Positions 57,084 to 64,000 of a stretch of 64,000 bases of DNA are shown here, piece after piece; position 1 is the stretch's first letter, and the number at the start of each line of letters is the position of its first letter. Made by a program: the position numbers and the translations under genes. Under the pieces are notes generated by a model that saw only the letters and a list, made by a program, of their open reading frames with translations, was not told the DNA's origin and did no database searches. Origin of the DNA: Candidatus Parcubacteria bacterium (GTDB lineage Bacteria; Patescibacteriota; Patescibacteriia; Patescibacteriales; BM507); NCBI GenBank assembly GCA_002869265.1, contig PKTH01000040.1:5120-69119 (forward strand), written 5' to 3'.

Positions 57084-59165
57084 TTATTTCTTTTCGTTTT
57101 CTCCCATAATTTTCTCAGCAATGTTTTTTGGCACTTCTGAGTAGTTAAGGAATTCCATTGAGTAGTTAGCTCTACCTTGACTCATAGATCTTAGCTCTGT
57201 AGCATAACCAAACATTTCTGATAATGTAACTTTAGCGTCAATAACTTTTAACTTACCTCTGTCTGACATTTGGTCAATTTGACCTCTTCTTGAGTTAAGA
57301 TCACCAACGACTGCTCCCATATAATCTTCCGGAGTAGTTACTTCAACTTTCATAATCGGCTCAAGGATAACAGCACCTGCATTTCGACAAGCGTCCTTGA
57401 AGGCAAAAATTGATGCCATTTTAAATGCTGCCTCAGAAGAATCAACCTCATGATAAGAACCATCATAAACAGTTGTTTTAACATCAACCATTGGATAACC
57501 AGCTAGAACACCTTGGTCCATAGCCTCTTTAACACCTTTTTCAATTGCTGGAATATATTCTCTAGGAACAACACCACCCTTAATCTCATTAGCAAACTCA
57601 AACCCAGCACCCTCTTCTTGTGGCTCAACTCTTAGATATACATGACCGTATTGACCACGACCACCAGACTGTTTAGCATATTTGTGCTCTTGCTCAGCCA
57701 TTGTTCTAATAGTTTCTCTATATGATACTTGTGGTTGACCGATATTTGCTTCAACCTTAAACTCTCTTTTCATACGATCAACAATAATGTCTAAGTGAAG
57801 CTCACCCATTCCTGAAATCAAAGTTTGATTTGTCTCCTCATCAGTCTCCACTCTAAAGGTTGGATCTTCTTCTGCTAGCTTTTGTAGAGCCATGCCCATT
57901 TTTTCTTGATCAGCTTTAGTCTTAGGTTCAACAGCGATTTTAATAACTGGTTCAGGGAAAGTGATTGATTCTAAAATAAGTTTTCTATCCTCGCTAGTTA
58001 AAGTATTCCCTGTTACAGTATCTTTCAGTCCGATAACCGCTGCAATATCTCCTGCATAAACTGATTTAACTTCCTCTCTATGATTAGCGTGCATTCTTAC
58101 TAGTCTTCCAATTCTTTCTTTTGATCCAGTAGAGGTATTGTAAACATAAGAACCTGATTCCAAAACACCAGAATAAACCCTAACAAAAGTCAGTCTACCA
58201 ACAAAAGGGTCAGTAGCTACTTTAAAAGCTAGAGCTGAGAAAGGCTCATCATCACTTGGTTTAACAGGGATTTTTACTTCTTCGTCATCTGGATTCATTG
58301 CTTGAATTTCTGGCACATCTAGCGGAGATGGTAAGTAAGTAACAACGCCGTCTAGAGCTAGTTGTACACCTACATTCTGTAGAGCAGAACCAGCATATAC
58401 TGGATATAGCTCATTTGCGATAACACCTTTTCTAATAGCAGCGTTTAATTCATCTTCAGAAATTTCTTCTCCTCCTAAATACTTCTCTGTCAAAGCATCA
58501 TCAACCTCTACTACTCTTTCAATTAACTCTGCTCTATATTCTTCAACCATTGCCTTCATGTCTTCTGGAATTTCTACCTCATTCATCTTTTCACCAAAAT
58601 TTCCTTCAAACTCGTAAGCTTTTTGTTTAAGTAGATCAACTACTCCCCTGTGCTCATTTTCAGCACCAATCGGCAGTTGGATAGCTACAGCCTTTGAACT
58701 TAGTCTATCTCTAATAGAATCAAGACTCATCTTAAAGTCAGCTCCCATTTTGTCCATTTTGTTTACAAAACAAAGCCTTGGCACTTTATATTTATCCGCT
58801 TGTCTCCAAACAGTCTCTGATTGAGGCTCAACACCAGCTGCCCCATCAAATACAGCAATAGCACCATCAAGAACACGAAGTGATCTTTCAACTTCCACAG
58901 TAAAATCAACGTGACCAGGAGTATCAATAATATTTATTCTATTATCTTGCCAAAAACAAGTAGTAGCCGCTGAGGTAATTGTGATTCCTCTTTCTTTTTC
59001 TTGTTCCATCCAGTCCATATCAGATTCACCTTCATGAGTTTCACCAATTTTGTGCTTTTTACCAGTGTAAAATAAAACACGTTCAGTAAACGTAGTTTTT
59101 CCAGCATCAATGTGGGCCATGATGCCGATATTTCTTGTTTTTTCTAATGAATATTCTCGAGCCAT
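57084..59165 (-). CDS. fusA: Elongation factor G
   Basis: [38 protein letters not shown]. Confidence 0.98.
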   Translation of the reverse strand: MAREYSLEKTRNIGIMAHIDAGKTTFTERVLFYTGKKHKIGETHEGESDMDWMEQEKERGITITSAATTCFWQDNRINIIDTPGHVDFTVEVERSLRVLDGAIAVFDGAAGVEPQSETVWRQADKYKVPRLCFVNKMDKMGADFKMSLDSIRDRLSSKAVAIQLPIGAENEHRGVVDLLKQKAYEFEGNFGEKMNEVEIPEDMKAMVEEYRAELIERVVEVDDALTEKYLGGEEISEDELNAAIRKGVIANELYPVYAGSALQNVGVQLALDGVVTYLPSPLDVPEIQAMNPDDEEVKIPVKPSDDEPFSALAFKVATDPFVGRLTFVRVYSGVLESGSYVYNTSTGSKERIGRLVRMHANHREEVKSVYAGDIAAVIGLKDTVTGNTLTSEDRKLILESITFPEPVIKIAVEPKTKADQEKMGMALQKLAEEDPTFRVETDEETNQTLISGMGELHLDIIVDRMKREFKVEANIGQPQVSYRETIRTMAEQEHKYAKQSGGRGQYGHVYLRVEPQEEGAGFEFANEIKGGVVPREYIPAIEKGVKEAMDQGVLAGYPMVDVKTTVYDGSYHEVDSSEAAFKMASIFAFKDACRNAGAVILEPIMKVEVTTPEDYMGAVVGDLNSRRGQIDQMSDRGKLKVIDAKVTLSEMFGYATELRSMSQGRANYSMEFLNYSEVPKNIAEKIMGENEKK

Positions 59166-59232
59166 ATTATTAAGCTTTGTTGTAGTCTTATTTTAGACTA
59201 CTTATCTTATTATTTTTATAAATTATAGTTAT

Positions 59233-59256
59233 AAAAGGGAGAACAAGTCTCCCTCA
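59233..59256 (-). terminator. Hairpin/terminator between the Cys-rich sORF and fusA
   Basis: AGGGAGA-5 nt-TCTCCCT followed by TTTT on the minus strand. Confidence 0.55.
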
Positions 59257-59277
59257 AATTTTTTTATCACTTTGCTT

Positions 59278-59436
59278 CTAACTATCCTCTTCTTGGACTA
59301 CATCTGATTGACGTCCGCAGTCGGGACAGGTTTTCCTGATGTAGGGCTGATTACTTTCTGAACATTCCATTTGCTTCTCTTCGTCATTTTCATGACTACA
59401 TTTCTTTTGCCCACACTGACAACCTTCAGCACACAT
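59278..59436 (-). CDS. Small 52-aa Cys-rich protein inside the str operon (not in the ORF track)
   Basis: AAGGAGGT-ttgcg-ATG; MCAEGCQCGQKKCSHENDEEKQMECSESNQPYIRKTCPDCGRQSDVVQEEDS*. Confidence 0.72.
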   Translation of the reverse strand: MCAEGCQCGQKKCSHENDEEKQMECSESNQPYIRKTCPDCGRQSDVVQEEDS

Positions 59437-59466
59437 CGCAAACCTCCTTAGATTTTAGGTTAGAAA

Positions 59467-59934
59467 TTATCTCGAAAAATGAGCGAATGCTCTATTAGAC
59501 TCTGCCATTTTGTGAACTGTCTCTCTCTTTCTGACAGCAGCGCCCTCGCCTTTTGCAGCTAAAATAATTTCATCAGCCAAGTTCTCAGCCATAGATTTTC
59601 CTTTTTTGGCGCGACTTGCTTCAATCAACCAACGGCATCCAAGAGTAAATCTTCTCTCTCCTCTAACCTGGAAAGGTACTTGGTAATTAGCACCACCAAC
59701 TCTCTTACCTCTCACCTCAAGTAGTGGAGAAATCTTTTTTAGAGCTTTATTAAAAATGTGTCTTGGATCTTGTTTCGTTTCCTTCTTTACAATTTCAAAT
59801 GAATCATAAACTACTTTCTGAGCAACAGTCTTTTTACCATCTTTCATAATGTAGTTAATGAATTTTGCGACATCAACATCGTTAAATCTGACGTCACCGT
59901 CTATTTTTCTTTTTGGAGCTTGCTTACCTCTCAT
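59467..59934 (-). CDS. rpsG: 30S ribosomal protein S7
   Basis: KFINYIMKDGKK, RVGGANYQVP, HKMAESNRAFAH. Confidence 0.97.
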   Translation of the reverse strand: MRGKQAPKRKIDGDVRFNDVDVAKFINYIMKDGKKTVAQKVVYDSFEIVKKETKQDPRHIFNKALKKISPLLEVRGKRVGGANYQVPFQVRGERRFTLGCRWLIEASRAKKGKSMAENLADEIILAAKGEGAAVRKRETVHKMAESNRAFAHFSR

Positions 59935-59960
59935 ACTTTATATATAGAATTATTTATTAT

Positions 59961-60386
59961 TTATGAAGCTTTCTTTTCGACCTTAGCACCGTACTTTGAT
60001 CTAGCTTGTTTTCTACCTTCAACACCCTGAGTGTCATAAACACCACGGATAACCTTGTAACGTACACCAGGTAAATCTTTTGTTCTTCCACCTTTAACCA
60101 ATACAATAGAGTGTTCCTGTAAGTTATGCCCCATTCCTGGAATATAAGCTGTAACTTCCATCCCATTAGAAAGTCTAACCCTGGCTATCTTACGTAGGGC
60201 TGAGTTAGGTTTTTTAGGAGTGGTTGTTGTAACTTTCAAACAAACACCTCTTCTAAACGGAGCACCTTTTTTCAATTCTGTTCTCTTTCTATGTAGAGTG
60301 TCTAGAGTTGATTGCAATGCTGGGAATTTACTCTTTGTAGTTGTCTTTTTTCGTCCTTTTCGAACTAATTGGTTCATTGTTGGCAT
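59961..60386 (-). CDS. rpsL: 30S ribosomal protein S12
   Basis: [27 protein letters not shown]. Confidence 0.98.
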   Translation of the reverse strand: MPTMNQLVRKGRKKTTTKSKFPALQSTLDTLHRKRTELKKGAPFRRGVCLKVTTTTPKKPNSALRKIARVRLSNGMEVTAYIPGMGHNLQEHSIVLVKGGRTKDLPGVRYKVIRGVYDTQGVEGRKQARSKYGAKVEKKAS

Positions 60387-60463
60387 ACTAAAATATTCAA
60401 TTTATCTAAAATTAATTAATAATAAAACAAACCCCTCGTAAGGGATATGAAAATTCTTCATTA

Positions 60464-60492
60464 AATTTATCAAAATATTCAAATTAAGTCAA
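60464..60492 (-). promoter_or_regulatory. sigma70 promoter of the str operon
   Basis: TTGACT-17 nt-TAAATT with a TG extension. Confidence 0.6.
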
Positions 60493-60686
60493 GAGCTTTT
60501 GCTGCCATTTAAAAATTAATATAAATAAGGAGATAAATATATATAAAAATATATAAATCAAAAAGCGGTAAATCAAATTTCACCGCTTTTTTGTGTCCGC
60601 CATTGACAAAAACCCCTTTATTATGCTAAAAAGAAGCATTGTTTTTACAATATCGAACCTTTAAAAATACATAAACGGAGGAAGTC

Positions 60687-61214
60687 ATGAAGCTAAGGTA
60701 TAGATCGCTCTTAACGCTGGCCTTAATAGTTATTACCTGCATTTCTTTTGAACTAATAACTGACAGCCCTAGCTGGGAAAAAGTATTTGAATGTGTCTTT
60801 TTTGCAGTTTTAGGCATCTCTATTTTCATGGGGATTGGAATACTTTACCCAAATCATGATTTCAGGATCACAAATCACCCAGAAGTAAACCCCGAAACTC
60901 TAATAATTTCCCTGCGTCTTAGGGAGACAGAAAAAAGCCCTGATCCACAAACGGTGAATATTTCCCCTAAGTCTTTGCAATCTGTTTTTCCTAAAGATGA
61001 TGACTCTGGAATTATTTTAAACATCTCTCACCAATCCGATAACGGTGGCTTGTTTGAAACCGAGATATTGTCGGATGACACAGTTCTCAACCAAGAGATT
61101 GTTGATGAATTATTCCAGCTATTCTTTGGGGCCATTCAAAGAAAACCACGAATCAATCTAGAGCTTATTGAAGAACTTAAAATATTTCTTAATAAAGTCA
61201 ATCAGAAGAAATAA
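60687..61214 (+). CDS. Hypothetical protein with two N-terminal TM helices
   Basis: GGAGG-aagtc-ATG; two hydrophobic segments. Confidence 0.65.
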   Translation: MKLRYRSLLTLALIVITCISFELITDSPSWEKVFECVFFAVLGISIFMGIGILYPNHDFRITNHPEVNPETLIISLRLRETEKSPDPQTVNISPKSLQSVFPKDDDSGIILNISHQSDNGGLFETEILSDDTVLNQEIVDELFQLFFGAIQRKPRINLELIEELKIFLNKVNQKK

Positions 61215-61235
61215 ACATTAATATTGGAGGGTAAG

Positions 61236-61499
61236 ATGGAGAAAATTACTTTTGAAAAAGGAGATTTGGTAGAAATAAAAGAAGAGTATCTGGGCAGTGT
61301 CGCAATAACGACCAGCCTTGCTCACAAATTCCCTGGTCCCTATAGAGTAGAAAGAGTGGATGATATTCCAGTAAATGCTCAGAAAGCTTATCGACATCAT
61401 CAAGCGCTAGTTTTGTCTAAAGATGGTAGAAACATTGCCCCCGAATTTATGCTCCAACGTTTTTCTGGAGTTTTCTTTAAGAAGGTTTCTTTAAACTAA
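61236..61499 (+). CDS. Hypothetical small beta-rich protein (KOW/SH3-like start)
   Basis: GGAGG before ATG 61236; FEKGDLVEIK...GPYRVERV. Confidence 0.6.
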   Translation: MEKITFEKGDLVEIKEEYLGSVAITTSLAHKFPGPYRVERVDDIPVNAQKAYRHHQALVLSKDGRNIAPEFMLQRFSGVFFKKVSLN

Positions 61500-61532
61500 A
61501 AAATACTAATTCGATAAACAAGGAGGAAGAAG

Positions 61533-61862
61533 ATGAACCAAGCGAGTAGCGAAAACGAAAAATACGGAAAAGTAAAACTGACCCGCAGTCTTACTTTTGA
61601 GGAAATGGTTCTTGATCGAGTTCTCGACGGCATCAAAGTTGAAGTTGAAATTAAGGGAGAGAAATTCCTTGGCACATTAGCACAATTAACCCTGACCCCA
61701 GGAGTAAATGGAAGAGGGTTTGCACTTCTCAATATCGATCCCCCAGGAGGGAAAGAAAGTGATAATTGGTCGATCATGATTTCGATCAGTAAGAACAATG
61801 GCATAATAGTCATGCCTAAGCAACCTCAAGAGAATCAAGTTCTCCACAGCCTAGGAAGGTAA
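61533..61862 (+). CDS. Hypothetical protein
   Basis: AAGGAGG-aagaag-ATG; followed by a terminator. Confidence 0.6.
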   Translation: MNQASSENEKYGKVKLTRSLTFEEMVLDRVLDGIKVEVEIKGEKFLGTLAQLTLTPGVNGRGFALLNIDPPGGKESDNWSIMISISKNNGIIVMPKQPQENQVLHSLGR

Positions 61863-61869
61863 AAACATA

Positions 61870-61897
61870 GAAGCACCCAAAAAATGGGTGCTTTTTT
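61870..61897 (+). terminator. Intrinsic terminator
   Basis: AAGCACCCA-aaaaa-TGGGTGCTTTTTT. Confidence 0.8.
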
Positions 61898-61965
61898 ATA
61901 TCATCTCAAAAATATTCAAGCTCATATGTCTATACACATATATAGACATATGTATAGACTTTTTA

Positions 61966-62589
61966 TTAAACCCCTACTATCAGTTTAAACAAACCCTCAA
62001 TTACAGGAACTATTAAAGAAAAGCCTACAACCACAAAGGCGAGGACCAAAATAAAGCCATATTGTTCCATTTTGAGGAATCTTATCTTCCATTCATAGGG
62101 CAAGAAAGGCATTATTATTTTAGATCCATCAAGTGGTGGGATTGGCACTAGATTAAATACCATCAAAAGCAGGTTGATCTGCACTATAACAACTAAAAAA
62201 TTTACTAATAGCTGATTAACAAAAAAAGGCTGGGTGATGAATATAAGCCTTAAAAGAAGGCCAAAAAATACGGCCACTATCAAATTCGCCATCGGCCCTG
62301 CTAGAGCAACCTTGGCTCCTCCATAAATCCTGTCTCGCAGGTTATTAGGGTTATACGGGACAGGTTTAGCCCAACCAAAAACAAAGGGCGCCCCGGTCAA
62401 AATAAGAATAAAAGGAAGTATTATTGATCCGTTTATATCTATGTGTGGTATAGGGTTTAGGGTTAATCTCCCCTCGTCTTTTGCAGTATTATCGCCCAAG
62501 CGCTCTGCCATCCAGCCATGCATATATTCATGAATTATGGCTGAATATATAAGAACGATAACTGAAAATATAATAATTTGTATATCCAT
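61966..62589 (-). CDS. Site-2 protease (M50 family)
   Basis: HEYMH, GRLTLNP, WAKPVP, ALAGP, FNLVPIPPLDG. Confidence 0.93.
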   Translation of the reverse strand: MDIQIIIFSVIVLIYSAIIHEYMHGWMAERLGDNTAKDEGRLTLNPIPHIDINGSIILPFILILTGAPFVFGWAKPVPYNPNNLRDRIYGGAKVALAGPMANLIVAVFFGLLLRLIFITQPFFVNQLLVNFLVVIVQINLLLMVFNLVPIPPLDGSKIIMPFLPYEWKIRFLKMEQYGFILVLAFVVVGFSLIVPVIEGLFKLIVGV

Positions 62590-62727
62590 ATTTTTGTACT
62601 ATTCAATAAAAGATTATCACACCTTGATTAATTTATCAAAAGGTGTTAATATCAAATCTATAAATTAAAGATATTAATTATATATTTATAAAACCTGGAA
62701 TATCGTTTTATAAATTTTTTTGTGTTT

Positions 62728-62895
62728 ATGGCAAGACAATGCGAATTGTGTGGAAGAGGTTCAACAAAGGACGCCTCAAGATCTCACTCAAACATCAAAA
62801 CAATCAAGAGACAATACGTTAATCTGCAAACAAAAAAAGTTGGTGATAAAAAATACAAAGTTTGCACTAAGTGTTTAAGGACTCTAACAAAATAA
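62728..62895 (+). CDS. rpmB: 50S ribosomal protein L28 (zinc-binding type; not in the ORF track)
   Basis: MARQCELCGRG...RSHSNIKTIKRQYVNLQ...VCTKCLRTLTK*. Confidence 0.95.
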   Translation: MARQCELCGRGSTKDASRSHSNIKTIKRQYVNLQTKKVGDKKYKVCTKCLRTLTK

Positions 62896-62947
62896 AAAAG
62901 CCCCTTAAGCTTTTTATTAGAAAAATACGTGATAAATCACGTATTTT

Positions 62948-63226
62948 TTAGTGTTGCATTATCTCAAATGATTCTATTTCTTCATCTACCTCGTTTTCTT
63001 CGTGCTCTACTTTCTTCACTTTTGCTAATTCAGGTCCCTCTCCACAAAGATCAAGATAATCATCTAACGACTCTCTTGGCCCCTGCACTAAAGTATAGAC
63101 ATCTCCATTGTCTTGGTTTCTCACAAAACCTGCTAAATCAAGCTCTCTGGCTCTTTCTTTCAGCCAAAAACGAAATCCAACTCCCTGGACGTCTCCTGAT
63201 ATTTTTATGATATATTGAGTCTTCAT
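62948..63226 (-). CDS. acyP: Acylphosphatase
   Basis: GDVQGVGFR, GFVRN..NGDV, GPELAKV. Confidence 0.93.
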   Translation of the reverse strand: MKTQYIIKISGDVQGVGFRFWLKERARELDLAGFVRNQDNGDVYTLVQGPRESLDDYLDLCGEGPELAKVKKVEHEENEVDEEIESFEIMQH

Positions 63227-63228
63227 AT

Positions 63229-63330
63229 TTACAAAAACAATAAGGCTAAAATAACTGCAGCTAAAACAGTGAATTCAATTGAAAAAATTTTTAAGAATGT
63301 GATACCCATTCTGTCTACATCAACCAGCAT
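63229..63330 (-). CDS. Candidate 33-aa single-TM protein
   Basis: MLVDVDRMGITFLKIFSIEFTVLAAVILALLFL*; fills the gap, with its stop 2 nt before the acyP ATG. Confidence 0.45.
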   Translation of the reverse strand: MLVDVDRMGITFLKIFSIEFTVLAAVILALLFL

Positions 63331-63352
63331 ATATTTATATTAAAAATATAAA

Positions 63353-63760
63353 TTATTCTTCCTCTTCCTCATCTGGGATGTTCTCAACTCTTCTATTCAC
63401 TAGATCAACTACGTCATCTAGCTTCCAATCTGTTTTCACTAAAAAATCAAATACTCCAAATTTTGCAGCCTCTGCGACATGGACTGGATCTGAAATGTTC
63501 GTCAGCATTATTACCGGAACTGAAGCCCCCCAAGAATCATCTTCTCTTATTTTTTCCAAAACGGTTAAGCCGTCCATCTTAGGCATCATAATGTCAAGCA
63601 TCACCAAATCAGGATTTTTTTTAAGACCAATATTTAAACCCTCCTCTCCATCATTAGCTACTAGGACCTTGTAACTTTTTTTTAATTTTAATGACAGAGC
63701 TTCGGCCATAGAGAACTGATCCTCGACAACCAATACTGTTCTCTTATTAGATTGTTTCAT
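63353..63760 (-). CDS. Single-domain response regulator (receiver only)
   Basis: VLVVED, PDLVMLDIMMPKMDG, VIMLTN, FLVK. Confidence 0.93.
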   Translation of the reverse strand: MKQSNKRTVLVVEDQFSMAEALSLKLKKSYKVLVANDGEEGLNIGLKKNPDLVMLDIMMPKMDGLTVLEKIREDDSWGASVPVIMLTNISDPVHVAEAAKFGVFDFLVKTDWKLDDVVDLVNRRVENIPDEEEEE

Positions 63761-63783
63761 AATATTTTTAAAATTAGGTTAAT

Positions 63784-64000
63784 TTATACCGATAATGATT
63801 TTGACCCCCCTTTTTTCTTCATCCCTTTTAATGGGATTTTAATAAACACTGTTGTTCCCAGGCCTTCTAAGTTTGGGTCTCCTTCTTCGCTAAATATTTC
63901 CTTACTCGGTGATTCAAACCAAATACTTCCTCCAGATTTTTCAATAATCGCCTTAACTATATATAGACCCAAGCCAGTCCCAACTGATTCAATCCTTTTT
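63784..64000 (-). CDS. Sensor histidine kinase, C-terminal HATPase end (runs off the window end)
   Basis: GTGLGLYIVKAIIEKSGGSIWFES...GTTVFIKIP. Confidence 0.9.
   Translation of the reverse strand, partial: KRIESVGTGLGLYIVKAIIEKSGGSIWFESPSKEIFSEEGDPNLEGLGTTVFIKIPLKGMKKKGGSKSLSV

Noticed and set aside
44314..60441. Plus-strand and alternate-frame ORFs across the ribosomal cluster, including 59957..60166
   Set aside because: Shadows of conserved ribosomal and elongation-factor genes.

Overview
AT-rich bacterial chromosome segment that looks like Patescibacteria/CPR (Parcubacteria-like). The evidence is no rpmD/uL30 in the spc cluster, charged low-complexity extensions on ribosomal proteins, almost no Shine-Dalgarno (SD) sites on core genes, and a 3321-aa FN3-repeat surface protein. 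Nearly all genes are on the minus strand. From left to right the window holds: truncated mutM; M48 and M23 peptidases; the giant surface protein; an accessory stretch (split membrane-anchored JAB protein, small alarmone hydrolase, ATM1-type ABC transporter, PyrF-PyrE fusion, YfbR-like HD protein); tRNA-Tyr with a duplicated 3' end; an alpha-glucan cluster (glgP, GT4, GH57, GH15); tRNA-Thr; fba, tpiA, an S11 peptidase, scpB, scpA and YbaK; T-box-controlled aspS; recO, ruvX, map; a MacB-like ABC pair; the str/S10/spc ribosomal cluster; site-2 protease, rpmB, acyP; and a two-component pair. The most notable signals are: (1) a sharp split between SD-less core genes and about 13 accessory genes with strong SD sites, many with their own promoter and terminator, including an unannotated Cys-rich sORF inside the str operon; (2) in-frame stops in secY and the JAB gene, plus missense changes at near-invariant residues in tpiA, map and fusA, all explainable by G:C>T:A transversions; (3) an Asp T-box and two further candidate cis-regulatory RNAs; (4) an inverse-order OMPDC-OPRT fusion. 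No CRISPR array, transposase or integrase was found. All assignments come from motif recognition only; no database searches were run.
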